From: Dehalococcoidia bacterium
GTDB lineage: Bacteria > Chloroflexota > Dehalococcoidia > Lucifugimonadales > Lucifugimonadaceae
Direction: 5' to 3'
Length of the DNA: 64,000 bases
Assembly: GCA_026421185.1 (NCBI GenBank)
Contig: JAPKCH010000003.1
Coordinates: forward strand, 12,375-76,374
How positions within the stretch are numbered: the first letter of the stretch is position 1; each line of letters begins with the position of its first letter. Under the pieces are notes generated by a model. That model saw only the letters and a list, made by a program, of their open reading frames with translations. It did no database searches and was not told the DNA's origin. Made by a program: the position numbers and the translations under genes. Shown here piece after piece: positions 27,556 to 37,694 of this stretch.

Positions 27556-28407
27556 TTAGCTAGATTTCAGAGCTTGCTCAATAGCAGCAAACATCGTCTC
27601 TACTGGAGCTGTTTTGCCTGTCGACATTTCGAACCCCTCAATGCCCTGGAACACCAGCATAGTCATCCCCCCTGAAGGTTCAGCACCAGCTTCTTCGACT
27701 TCTCGTAAGAACTTAGTCATCGGTGGAGCGTAGACAATATCGTATCCAACGGCATCAGCCGAGATCATGTCGGCTGTTGCTGGAGTCGCCAATTCTGCCG
27801 GACCACCAGCCATACCCAGAGACGTGGTATTGACCAGGAGATTTGCATACGGAACAAAGTTAGAAAGTTCGTCGCGACTCATTCCGATGGCATTTGGCTT
27901 GAATTTTCCTTCAGAAAAATCGGATGCAAGTGCCTGTGCTTTTTCCACAGTTCGATTGGCAATTGTAAGTCGATTTACTCCAGCTGTTTTCAGTGCGTAA
28001 ATTATTGCTCTTGCTGCACCACCCGCTCCAAAAACAACTACGTTAGCGCCTTTAGGATCAAAACCGGCTTTTTCCTTCAGTGCTCGCAAAAATCCGGTAC
28101 CGTCGGTATTGTGACCAACGAGTTTGCCATCACGATTGAAAATCCAATTCACTGCACCAACAGCCTGTGCGGCTTCAGTGAGTTCGTCGACTAATGGAAT
28201 TACAGCCTGTTTGTGCGGTAGTGTCACACACGCTGCGAGGAAGCCATCAGCACGGAAAGTGGCTACTTTCTCTTCAAGATATTCCGGCGCTACATCCCAA
28301 GCCTCGAACGTCTCTTTTATGCCGAGTTCGTCCAGTCCTGCTTGATGAAATACAGGGGATTTTGTGTGACCAATGGGGTGACCCATAACGCCGATATTGC
28401 TGCTCAT
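27556..28407 (-). CDS. aroE: shikimate dehydrogenase
   Basis: GHPIGHTKSP, VTLPHK, GAVN, GHNTDG, GAGGAARA, NRT, NTTSLGM, MLVFQG. Confidence 0.94.
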   Translation of the reverse strand: MSSNIGVMGHPIGHTKSPVFHQAGLDELGIKETFEAWDVAPEYLEEKVATFRADGFLAACVTLPHKQAVIPLVDELTEAAQAVGAVNWIFNRDGKLVGHNTDGTGFLRALKEKAGFDPKGANVVVFGAGGAARAIIYALKTAGVNRLTIANRTVEKAQALASDFSEGKFKPNAIGMSRDELSNFVPYANLLVNTTSLGMAGGPAELATPATADMISADAVGYDIVYAPPMTKFLREVEEAGAEPSGGMTMLVFQGIEGFEMSTGKTAPVETMFAAIEQALKSS

Positions 28408-28435
28408 AGCTCTCCGTGTCCGTACTCGGACTGGT

Positions 28436-28864
28436 TTAGTTCGACCGCATGAACGAGTCGAGGATTATTGCGGCAGACGCTGAGTCTATCTTGCCTCTTG
28501 CAGCGCCACGTGCTCTAGATGGCGATTTTCCAGCTTCTCTGAGTAAGGAATGTGCTTGAACCGTGGTCATTCGCTCATCCCATGTAAATACTGGAAGATC
28601 AGTAGTTTTGCGCAATCGCGCACAAAATGCACTAACTTTCCTAGCAGCGGGTCCACGTGAACCATCAAGTGACAGTGGCAATCCAACAACGATTCCACGA
28701 GCTTCTCGGGCGACTGCAACTGTCGATATGTTTGAAGCGTCAGCCGACCCTACAGCTTTGATCGCGTCTATAGGTGTTGCGATTAAACCCGTAGGGTCGC
28801 TTATAGCAAGGCCAATTCTGGCCTCACCGTAGTCCACTCCGAGAAATCGGCCATTATCTGCGAT
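28436..28864 (-). CDS. ruvX: YqgF/RuvX pre-16S rRNA nuclease (Holliday junction resolvase-like)
   Basis: RFLGVDYGEARIGLAISD, IVVGLP, WDERMTT, IDSASAAIIL; follows alaS; start probably ATC 28864 (first canonical start is GTG 28837). Confidence 0.9.
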   Translation of the reverse strand: MADNGRFLGVDYGEARIGLAISDPTGLIATPIDAIKAVGSADASNISTVAVAREARGIVVGLPLSLDGSRGPAARKVSAFCARLRKTTDLPVFTWDERMTTVQAHSLLREAGKSPSRARGAARGKIDSASAAIILDSFMRSN

Positions 28865-28866
28865 GA

Positions 28867-31710
28867 CTAGTTACCTGCCCCGCCACTTAGCGATTCACGA
28901 ATAATTTCTTCGGCTGCTCCAAGAGCTTCTGAAAGCTGTTCGGCGTTCTTACCGCCTGCCTGAGCTACTGTAGGGTTTCCGCCGCCACCGCCACCCATTT
29001 TGCCGGCAATGGCCTTTGCGATGTTGCCAGAGTGAATACCGACCTTCACAGTGTCATCAGTTGCCATCACTACAACCATTGGTCGCCCATCGATCACACT
29101 TCCAAGAATTACAACACCTTTGCCTATCTGATTCTTCAGATGATCACCGGTTTTTCGCAGCGCTCCAAAATTCGTCGCTGTAACTTCACTAACTTCGACA
29201 TGAATAACTGTGCCATCTGTTTCGATGTCAAAGTTATTGGAGGAGTTATTAGAACTTCCTCCGCCGACGCTGGCTTGCAGCAGCTGCTCTTCGAGTTGAG
29301 CAACTTGCTTGCGAGCTTGCGACAAATCCTTAGAAAGTTCGTCGACTCGACCACTTGCATCAGATATCGGCACTCGGAATTTCAAAGCAATAGTGTCTAG
29401 TGCTCTAAATCGCTCGAAAATAGCTTCCTCAGAAGCCACCCCTGTGATTGCTTCCATTCGGCGCATTCCTGATCCTATGCCGGTTTCAGAAGTGATCACG
29501 AATGTACCGATTCCGCCGGTGTAATCCATGTGGGTTCCACCACATAGCTCATAACTCCACGGAGCATCGATTTTGATGGTACGAACTTCGTTGTCATATG
29601 TGTCACCAAAGAAAGCCAGTGCACCTTCTTCGACTGCTTCGCCATAAGTGGTGAAATTAACTTCAACAAGTCGGTTGAGTCGGATCTTTTCGTTGACTCG
29701 ATCTTGAACAGCCTTGATCTGTTCCTTAGTCAACGCTCGAATGTTGGTGAAATCAAATCGAAGACGATTAGGATCCACGACTGACCCTGCTTGCCGAACG
29801 TGGCTACCGACTATTTCACGTAACGCAGCGTGTACTAAATGCGTAGCTGTGTGATTGCGACGAATACGCTCGCGTCGCTCTCCGTCGACCTGAGCTGTGA
29901 CTTTGGCACCCTTGTTCAACGATCCAGATGTAATTGTGCCGTAGTGAACGTTCACGTGACCGTACGGAGCCAGAGTGTCGTTGATCATTACTTCGACACC
30001 ATCACCAGAAATTACTCCAGTGTCGCCAACCTGTCCACCGCGGGCTGCGTAGAAAGGTGTTTCACCAAGAATAATTTCAACTTCGTCACCTTCATTTACT
30101 GAGTCTACCGCTACACCATCTTTGACGATGGCCATGACTGAGGTATTCGACTCAAACGTTTCGTAACCAACAAATGGTGTGTCCTCAACGCCGAGCGATT
30201 CATATACACGCGTTGAATTTACATTACCGCCGAAACTTCCGGCTGCACGACCGCGTTCACGCTGAGCTTCCATCTCTGAGCTGAATCCATCTTTGTCTAG
30301 CGACATCTGGGCTTCTAGTGCAACCTCTTCGGTCACTTCGACGGGGTATCCATAGGTGTCATAGAGAACAAACGATTCGGTGCCAGAAATATTGTTACGC
30401 CATCCATCTATGGCTTCGGCATCCTCGGAAGTAACCAATCGTTCGAGTTCCACAATTGCCAGCCGAGTGCCCACTGAACGTCCGTCATCACCAGTTGGAA
30501 GCTTCAACTTCTTGCCGTCTTTGAGCTGTTCTGCAGCATCCGGGTTAGAAATTCTGTAGTCGATCATCCCTGCAAGAACTAGTGCACCAAATTCGAGAGT
30601 TCGGGAGAAACTTTTTTCTTCTTGTTCAAGGACGTCTTTTATGAATTCAAAGTTACCGACTAGTTCTAAGTACGCATGCCCCATGTGGTCGGAAACCGTT
30701 TTGGATATCGACGACAACATGGGCGTGTCCATGCCTAACTCTCGACCGAACAACATGCCTCGACGTATAAGCCTACGCAGGACGTATCCACGACCTGAGT
30801 TACCCGGAATTACGCCGTCACCAATCAGGAATGAAGCCGAACGTGCGTGTTCTGCAACTATTCGTATAGCGCGATCTACTTCTTTGTCTTGGCCCCACTT
30901 TTTACCTGAAAGCTGTTCAACGTGCGCAATGATCGGGCGGAAAGCATCCGTTTCGTAGACATTGGGTGCTCCTTGTAAAACCGCTAACATGCGCTCGAAA
31001 CCCATTCCTGTGTCAATGTTTTTCGCTGGTAAAACAGTATCGTTGCCGTCTAGATCACGGTAGAACTGTGTAAATACGAGGTTGTATAGCTCTACGAAAT
31101 CATCGTGATAATTCGGACCCCATTCACCGTTTCTGATTGGATCGTCTTTTGCTGGGACGTCATCCAATGAACCGCGGTAGTAGTTTATTTCTGAGCTGGG
31201 ACCACAGACGCCTTCATCTCCGGCAGGTCCCCACCAGTTATCTTCATCGCCGAACCGGTAGATACGATCTTCAGGAATTCCAAGTTCTTTCCAAATGTTC
31301 TCAGCTTCATCGTCTGTCGTGTACACGGTGTAGTAGAGGCGTTCCGGATCAAGACCAAATCTGTTCGTTAAAAGATCAAGCGCCCATGCACAAGCTTCTT
31401 TTTTGAAGTAGTTGCCAAAACTGAAATTCCCCAGCATTTCAAACATCGTGAGGTGGGTGTCATCACCGACCTCTTCGATGTCAGTTGTCCTAAAGCATTT
31501 CTGCGAAGTCGTAATTCGGGGGTGTGGCGGTTCTTTTTCACCAGAGAAATATGGCTTGAACTGCGCCATACCCGAATTGATGAGCAATAGCGTAGGGTCA
31601 GCGGCAGGAATCAGTGATGCTGAAGGCATTCGAAGGTGGTCTTGTCCTTCGAAGTAAGAAAGGAATGCCTCTCGTAATTCATCTGCTGTTTTTGGGGGGC
31701 TGGAGGTCAT
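28867..31710 (-). CDS. alaS: alanine-tRNA ligase
   Basis: DPTLLLINSGM, QKCFR, FEMLGNFSFG.YFK, IDTGMGFER, GYVLRRLIRR, LYDTYG, NHTATH, ELCGGTH, GGGGG; ATG 31710 after GGAG. Confidence 0.97.
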   Translation of the reverse strand: MTSSPPKTADELREAFLSYFEGQDHLRMPSASLIPAADPTLLLINSGMAQFKPYFSGEKEPPHPRITTSQKCFRTTDIEEVGDDTHLTMFEMLGNFSFGNYFKKEACAWALDLLTNRFGLDPERLYYTVYTTDDEAENIWKELGIPEDRIYRFGDEDNWWGPAGDEGVCGPSSEINYYRGSLDDVPAKDDPIRNGEWGPNYHDDFVELYNLVFTQFYRDLDGNDTVLPAKNIDTGMGFERMLAVLQGAPNVYETDAFRPIIAHVEQLSGKKWGQDKEVDRAIRIVAEHARSASFLIGDGVIPGNSGRGYVLRRLIRRGMLFGRELGMDTPMLSSISKTVSDHMGHAYLELVGNFEFIKDVLEQEEKSFSRTLEFGALVLAGMIDYRISNPDAAEQLKDGKKLKLPTGDDGRSVGTRLAIVELERLVTSEDAEAIDGWRNNISGTESFVLYDTYGYPVEVTEEVALEAQMSLDKDGFSSEMEAQRERGRAAGSFGGNVNSTRVYESLGVEDTPFVGYETFESNTSVMAIVKDGVAVDSVNEGDEVEIILGETPFYAARGGQVGDTGVISGDGVEVMINDTLAPYGHVNVHYGTITSGSLNKGAKVTAQVDGERRERIRRNHTATHLVHAALREIVGSHVRQAGSVVDPNRLRFDFTNIRALTKEQIKAVQDRVNEKIRLNRLVEVNFTTYGEAVEEGALAFFGDTYDNEVRTIKIDAPWSYELCGGTHMDYTGGIGTFVITSETGIGSGMRRMEAITGVASEEAIFERFRALDTIALKFRVPISDASGRVDELSKDLSQARKQVAQLEEQLLQASVGGGSSNNSSNNFDIETDGTVIHVEVSEVTATNFGALRKTGDHLKNQIGKGVVILGSVIDGRPMVVVMATDDTVKVGIHSGNIAKAIAGKMGGGGGGNPTVAQAGGKNAEQLSEALGAAEEIIRESLSGGAGN

Positions 31711-32119
31711 TTTTCTCCGAACTGCACGCGACGTAATGATTTGGTGTAAACCTAACAAATGATTTTAGTTAGCAGTAAATTCATGTGTCAAAGATGATTT
31801 TCGCCATCGAAACTTTGACGGCAAGTTGATCAAGTGGTTGAATTTGTCCTAAATATGAAACGACTGCCGTAAAAATCGCTTTTCATCAGTGATTTGCAAG
31901 TTACGCGCAGGGCAAATTTTAGGTCTCATCATCGCGGTAAAAATCAGAGTTAGTCGCCAATTAAGAATCCTACTCGGTTATAAGTAAAGCAAAGTGACGT
32001 ACAAGCACTCGTCAGATGAAATTAGACGAGCGATTGTAAGCAGAGAAGTTCAGTCCTATTCATATCAATAAAACAACAACTTCTATAGATACATCTTTCG
32101 ACTAACTGTTTACGACACA

Positions 32120-32419
32120 TTGGTCTCAGTGCCGGCCATCGATAGAAATCCTAGATCGTTTTACGATGGCTTTTTGGTCAAAACGAGGCATAGTGGGATG
32201 ATGCTCAGAGAAACAAGTGGCGCCAAAATAAGTGGTAATACTGAACTACTGTTCAAAAACTTTTCACTAGTCGAATTCTCAGATATTTCTGCAATGATTG
32301 ACGCCATGTCAGCGGCCAACTCTGAATCGACAAGGATTCAAACTGTGAAAGTTGACCAAATTGAAGGGACGATCTCATCAATCAAACCCTCTGACTTGAT
32401 CCAAGGAGCCTTTGAATAG
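32120..32419 (+). other. short ORF of unknown function, possibly a gene remnant
   Basis: 99-codon ORF in a long AT-rich interval; no motif or clear RBS. Confidence 0.2.
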
Positions 32420-32451
32420 CTCAATGTAATTCTAGGCTCCCGTTAGCGAAC

Positions 32452-33903
32452 CTACTCGCCGTCGAACGTGTCTACTAGCAAACTGCGTGCTTGGATATCG
32501 ATGGTGGCATCGGCAAGCCTGGATGCTGTTGCAATCGCAATAACGGCCAAAAGTTCTTCACGCCGTTCAGGAGTCATCATCTCGTCATCACGACTTTCCG
32601 TCGATGTCGGACGTTGTGGCGTTGTGACAGTTGATGGACGACTTGTCTCTGCGGGCGTTGGCTGAGGTTGCGTGGTCGTCCCGATGTCCCGAACGTCATC
32701 TGCGACAACTTCAGGCCGGAATGGTGGCTGAGCATCACCCCAGTAAACCGTTTGATGAGGGAATGGGATTTCGATGCCTTCAGCATCGAGGCGAATCTTG
32801 ATACGTTTCCGCATCTCACCCATGATCTCCCACTGCTTCATTGGTTTGCAATCACCCAACATTTTGAACGTTACTGCTGAATCATCCAATGAGTTAAGAC
32901 GTAATACCTGAGGAGGCGTTATTAGCATCAATCCGTAGTAAGGATCGGCGGCGATTTCCTCACCAACGTCGTTTAAGACCATAATGACTCGATCAATATC
33001 TTCTTTGTAAGCAACACCAATATCTAAATTAACGCGTGACCAGTACTTGGTCTTGTTCGAAGCAACTGTAATTTCACCATTTGGGATCACGTGGACTTGA
33101 CCGTCCAGATCACGCAGTACCGTACGACGAAGGTTGATCGATTCAACGAGTCCAGATTTCCCGGCGATAGTCACCACGTCGCCAGTTCGATATTGGTTCT
33201 CAGCAAGAATAAATATTCCAGCGATTAAATCGCGAACAAGATACTGAGCGCCGAACCCGACAGCGATACCCGCAATTCCGAATCCACCAAGAATTGGGCC
33301 AATCGGAATTGAAAGTTCAGTTAGCACCATGAATAGCGCTGACACATAAATCAACGCCACAGCAGCGCCGACAAACACGCTCGACAGTGTTTCCGATCGC
33401 TTTAGGACTTCGTCATGATCGACAGTAGATGCCTGCCCTAGCATGATCGACGACATCACTCGCGGGATTACGCGTCGTGCGATTCGAGTAACGACCCAAC
33501 TCATAAATAAGATTAGGACGATTCTCAGAGCGTCCGTAGCTATCCAGTTAGCAGTCGCAGACCCAGCGTCTTTGAGATAAGCCAATGCAGGATCAATATT
33601 GTTGCCGAGAACGGAAAGAATTCCGAGTATGGCTGCTCCTGCGAACACGGCACCGACTAGGAAATTGGATATCCACGAGTCTGCGGCTTGAACCGCCATT
33701 CCAACATCGGCAGTAGCCTCGTGTTGATCTAGCCCGCGAACTGCTTGTCGCAATCCTCGTCGGAGCATGATCCTGACGATCCACCAAGCAAAGACGGCTC
33801 CACCCGCGATTAGGAATGCCCAAAGACCGCCTTCAGCGAGCCAACCCATGAAGCTGCCTTCAGCTGGGTGTCCAAGAAATGTATCGAGGAAGGAGTCTTC
33901 CAT
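32452..33903 (-). CDS. MscS-family mechanosensitive channel
   Basis: GIAGIAVGFGAQYLVRDLIAGIFILAENQYRTGD, G.VE.INLR.T.LRD.DG.VHVIPNG, GIEIPFPHQ; extra N-terminal TMs and low-complexity tail. Confidence 0.9.
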   Translation of the reverse strand: MEDSFLDTFLGHPAEGSFMGWLAEGGLWAFLIAGGAVFAWWIVRIMLRRGLRQAVRGLDQHEATADVGMAVQAADSWISNFLVGAVFAGAAILGILSVLGNNIDPALAYLKDAGSATANWIATDALRIVLILFMSWVVTRIARRVIPRVMSSIMLGQASTVDHDEVLKRSETLSSVFVGAAVALIYVSALFMVLTELSIPIGPILGGFGIAGIAVGFGAQYLVRDLIAGIFILAENQYRTGDVVTIAGKSGLVESINLRRTVLRDLDGQVHVIPNGEITVASNKTKYWSRVNLDIGVAYKEDIDRVIMVLNDVGEEIAADPYYGLMLITPPQVLRLNSLDDSAVTFKMLGDCKPMKQWEIMGEMRKRIKIRLDAEGIEIPFPHQTVYWGDAQPPFRPEVVADDVRDIGTTTQPQPTPAETSRPSTVTTPQRPTSTESRDDEMMTPERREELLAVIAIATASRLADATIDIQARSLLVDTFDGE

Positions 33904-34016
33904 AGGGTGATCTATCGAATCATGTTGGGCATCGAAGATCTAACTTCGACACAGGTGGTTGGTAAGTAACTACAACAGACGATACAGATCACGCGTCGTC
34001 TCAAACTGAGGAAGCG

Positions 34017-34589
34017 TTACTTCCCGCTTCTTTCCCAGAGAGTGACGTAAGGACCGCTTTTACCGGAAATCAGCCCTGAGAGGTCATGTTTCGTGGTTTC
34101 CTGAATTGAAGTTCGCTCTTTTTTCATGAGGCCAAACAACTGTTCATTGAGTTGATCTATGACCTGATCAGAAAGCTTCTTCCCGAACAATTCACGTGTT
34201 GCCTCGTGCAGCTGTCCTTGTTCGAATGTAAGTAGAGTGCCTGCGAAAAATAGTACTCCAACACTTCCGCCGGGTTCATTCGAGTCTTGGGGTACGTTAA
34301 TTCCTAGCTCGGCGATGATCCTCTTTAATGAGTTGGCGCGAATGACAGCTTCAACCTGCTGGGGCATCCCCATAAGTTCAAGGAAGCCTGCATCATGGCG
34401 CCTGATCAGCTTCGAGAAATCTTGCTCGACCTTGGAGTAAAATTCCTCACCAAGTACATTTGAAATCGAGAGCTTTAGGATAGCTGGACCACCCGGACGA
34501 TCTTCCCGGGCATCAATAGCAATGAACTCGCGCAAATGCGGAAAGATACACAGTGTTATGTCGGCGCTACCTCGGTCTGAATCAAACAT
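34017..34589 (-). CDS. hypothetical protein
   Basis: 190-aa ORF, codirectional and 15 bp from the upstream gene; no recognised motif. Confidence 0.65.
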   Translation of the reverse strand: MFDSDRGSADITLCIFPHLREFIAIDAREDRPGGPAILKLSISNVLGEEFYSKVEQDFSKLIRRHDAGFLELMGMPQQVEAVIRANSLKRIIAELGINVPQDSNEPGGSVGVLFFAGTLLTFEQGQLHEATRELFGKKLSDQVIDQLNEQLFGLMKKERTSIQETTKHDLSGLISGKSGPYVTLWERSGK

Positions 34590-34604
34590 GATTCAATTTT
34601 AACC

Positions 34605-35051
34605 TTAGTTGAACCCGAATAACTGCTTCAACCGCTGGAAAACGCCGACCTTATCGCCACGTCGAGCAGAATGCCAGCTCTTTTCAGCCGATGCTGCTCT
34701 GCCGAGATTTGAACCACGCTGTTTCATAACGTCTCGAATTTCACGGTCTTCGCTCTTATCGAGCCAAAATCCTGCGTCATTTGGGCAAGCTTCGATTTCA
34801 ATGTTATAGCCACGATATCGGAATCGAATCATCTGATCGCCACAGTGCGGACACTCGTGGTCGACGACATGCTTGCCGTATTGACGCTGACCTTTGACCA
34901 TGTCGTCGCTGGCTGCGTTATCTTCCATAGACTCAAGAGTTGTTGTTGTAATCCAAACGCCGTCACATTGATCGCATGTGGATGACTCTTCTCCAGATGT
35001 TTTGGAATCAACCAGATGAGATTGGTCTAAGGGGCACTTTAGTTGTGGCAA
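34605..35051 (-). CDS. double zinc-ribbon (zf-TFIIB-like) protein
   Basis: CPLD...CDQCDGVW and CPHC...CPNDAGFWLD. Confidence 0.75.
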   Translation of the reverse strand: MPQLKCPLDQSHLVDSKTSGEESSTCDQCDGVWITTTTLESMEDNAASDDMVKGQRQYGKHVVDHECPHCGDQMIRFRYRGYNIEIEACPNDAGFWLDKSEDREIRDVMKQRGSNLGRAASAEKSWHSARRGDKVGVFQRLKQLFGFN

Positions 35052-35278
35052 ATTCGAGAGTCCTTCGGAATGTGAAGCGGTAACTGATTGTACGAATTAC
35101 GGTCGGGTTTCGGTTCTTTCAGGTATCTCAGGCGGGTCGAATAACTTTATTAATCCGTTCAACACCGATTTCATTTTGAAATGCTCTGAGACTGAGGCCA
35201 AGAACAATTGCATCGACCTTACGTTGATTACTCGATTGTAACGGTCGAAAGTCAAAGTGCTTTTCGGTACGAAGCAGA

Positions 35279-36475
35279 CTATTGCAGCGAAATGCTCATA
35301 GCTACTGCGCCACCACCGGCGTGGCAGATGACTGCAAGTCCTTCTTTTCTATGTGTGGATTGCAAGCCATACATCAGCGTTACAAGTATTCGAGAACCGC
35401 TCGCTCCGATTGGGTGTCCGAGCGCAATAGCTCCACCCCGCAAGTTCACTCGATCCCAATCCCAACTGAGAGCCTGACCATTGGCGAGTACCTGACCTGC
35501 GAATGCTTCGTTGACTTCAATGAGGTCGAATTCATCGAGTGATTGGCCAGTCTTGGCTAATAAATTCGTCACAGCTATTCGAGGGGCATCGAACAGCATT
35601 CCCGGTTCGTTCGCTGCGTGCGAATATCCGGTTATTCGAGCGACTGGTCCACTCGAACAGTTTGCAGCCAAGGCTTCATTCGAAACGACGACTGCGGCAG
35701 CTCCGTCGCTAATCGATGACGCATTACCCGCAGTGACCGTCATCCCTGGAGGAAATACCGTTCGTAGAGCTGAGAGACCATCGAGAGTTGTGTCAGCGCG
35801 CGGCCCCTCATCTGTAACGAACGTGGTGACTTTACCGCGTCCTCCCTTCACATTAACTGGGGTGATCTCGTCGGAAAATAACCCTTCGGCTGACGCATTT
35901 GAGGCAAGACGATGGCTGCGCTCTGAGAACTCATCTTGCTGATCGCGAGTTATGCCGTATTTTTCGCTTATCGCTTCAGCAGATCCGCCCATGTGCCGAT
36001 TTTCGAATGGACACCAGAGCCCATCGTGAACCATTGAATCAATGAGATTCGTGTCGCCTAATCGTTGGCCGGTACGGCTGTTGATCAACAGATGAGGTGC
36101 TGCGCTCATGTTTTCCATGCCACCAGCAACGACGGAGTATGCCTCACCCAATTGGATCGACTGAGAAGCGAGCACAATTGCTTGCATTCCAGAAGCACAG
36201 GCTTTGTTAATCGTTAGAGCTGAAACAGAGTTTGGAATACCTGCGTTGATCGCTGCTTGGCGTGCTGGGGTTTGTCCCAATCCTGCCGACAGCATGTTCC
36301 CCATCACTGTGTAATCAATGTCACTTCCTGCCAGGCCAGACCGCTCGATCGCAGCCTTGATAGCGGTCGCTCCGAGATCGGTTGCCGGAGTGGTAGATAA
36401 GCCACCTTGAAAATTGCCAAGCGGTGTTCTAGCTGCGCCGGAGATGAAAACATCGCCCTTAAGCGAGTTGACCAT
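35279..36475 (-). CDS. acetyl-CoA C-acyltransferase (thiolase)
   Basis: INKACASG, AGGMENMS, TAGNASSISDGAAA, EVNEAF, GGAIALGHPIGASG, C-terminal CHAGGG. Confidence 0.94.
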   Translation of the reverse strand: MVNSLKGDVFISGAARTPLGNFQGGLSTTPATDLGATAIKAAIERSGLAGSDIDYTVMGNMLSAGLGQTPARQAAINAGIPNSVSALTINKACASGMQAIVLASQSIQLGEAYSVVAGGMENMSAAPHLLINSRTGQRLGDTNLIDSMVHDGLWCPFENRHMGGSAEAISEKYGITRDQQDEFSERSHRLASNASAEGLFSDEITPVNVKGGRGKVTTFVTDEGPRADTTLDGLSALRTVFPPGMTVTAGNASSISDGAAAVVVSNEALAANCSSGPVARITGYSHAANEPGMLFDAPRIAVTNLLAKTGQSLDEFDLIEVNEAFAGQVLANGQALSWDWDRVNLRGGAIALGHPIGASGSRILVTLMYGLQSTHRKEGLAVICHAGGGAVAMSISLQ

Positions 36476-36548
36476 TAAATATGTTCCTAATGACTAATCT
36501 GCGAAGTAGATTTGTGGAGTATAAATCGGTCAGAGCAATTGTGCGGTC

Positions 36549-37694
36549 TTAGGCAGGGACGACTCTGACAGTTAGACCGTCGGCAGTGAGTGCAATTTCG
36601 CCCTTTTTAAGTGCGATAGCGTCATTGCCGTATATTTCTCGGCGCCATCCGGACATAGTCCTGACATCTGGCTCGTCTTCCGTTGCAATACGGTCGAGTT
36701 CTTTTCGATTAGCAATGAGTTGCGCAGCCACACCATTCTCGTCACTTCTAAGTTTGAGCAGTGCCTGGAGTAACGCTACCAATGTCTCGTGACCACGAAG
36801 CGGCGATCGGCCCTTCTCAGGATCGGGACAATCATCATTAGGTATTTCGAGACCAATCTTCACGGCTTCGAGTAGTGCTTTCCCATCTCTACCGTTTGCG
36901 AACCGATCATTCACACCACGAACCCGTTCTAGTTCGGCAGGATTTTGTGGGGTGTTTAGTGCGATCTCGGCAAGTGCTTCGTCTCTGCAGACCCAGCCTT
37001 TTGGAATATCTCTGTTCTGAGCACTTATTTCTCGCCACTCTGTGATCTCTCTTAGAACTGCAAGCGCACGACGTGTAGGTCGACGTAGCCGAACTTTTCG
37101 CCAAAGATCACGATGGTCAATGTCATATAGGTCTTGGTTGCGAAGATGTCGCATTTCTTCGTGTGCCCAAGTGGTGCGGTCCGCTTCTTCAAGCTCTTCA
37201 TTGAGCTTGTCATACACATCGATCAGGTATGTAACATCGCCGATAGCGTAGTCGACCTGATTGTCGGTCAACGGACGTCGAGCCCAGTCAGTCATTTGAG
37301 ATCGTTTGTCGATCGTTTCGCCGACTATCCGCTGAACTAGCGTCGCATACGCTGGTTGATCACCGTATCCACTCACCATCGCGGCAATCTGCGTGTCGAA
37401 CACTGGCTCCACCATTCCGCCGCTAGCGTTGTACATGATCTGCATGTCTTGGCTTGCCGAGTGAAAGACCTTAAGTATCGAAGTGTCTCTCATCAGGTCG
37501 TATACGGGTTCAAGATCGATGCCGTTGGCAAGAGGGTCGATAGCTACTGCTTCCTCGCGAGTAGCTATCTGAATAAGACAGAGAATTGGCCAGTACGTCT
37601 TCTCTCGGACGAATTCAGTATCGACGGTTACGAACTCAAAATTGGCGGCACGTGCGCAGAAATCTGCGACATCGGCGGAATTAGTAATAAGCAC
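36549..37694 (-). CDS. rnd: ribonuclease D
   Basis: VDTEFVREKTYWP.LCLIQ, KVFHSASQD, FDTQIAA, TDWARRPL, YA.GDV; C-terminal HRDC region with GWRRE. Confidence 0.92.
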   Translation of the reverse strand: MLITNSADVADFCARAANFEFVTVDTEFVREKTYWPILCLIQIATREEAVAIDPLANGIDLEPVYDLMRDTSILKVFHSASQDMQIMYNASGGMVEPVFDTQIAAMVSGYGDQPAYATLVQRIVGETIDKRSQMTDWARRPLTDNQVDYAIGDVTYLIDVYDKLNEELEEADRTTWAHEEMRHLRNQDLYDIDHRDLWRKVRLRRPTRRALAVLREITEWREISAQNRDIPKGWVCRDEALAEIALNTPQNPAELERVRGVNDRFANGRDGKALLEAVKIGLEIPNDDCPDPEKGRSPLRGHETLVALLQALLKLRSDENGVAAQLIANRKELDRIATEDEPDVRTMSGWRREIYGNDAIALKKGEIALTADGLTVRVVPA

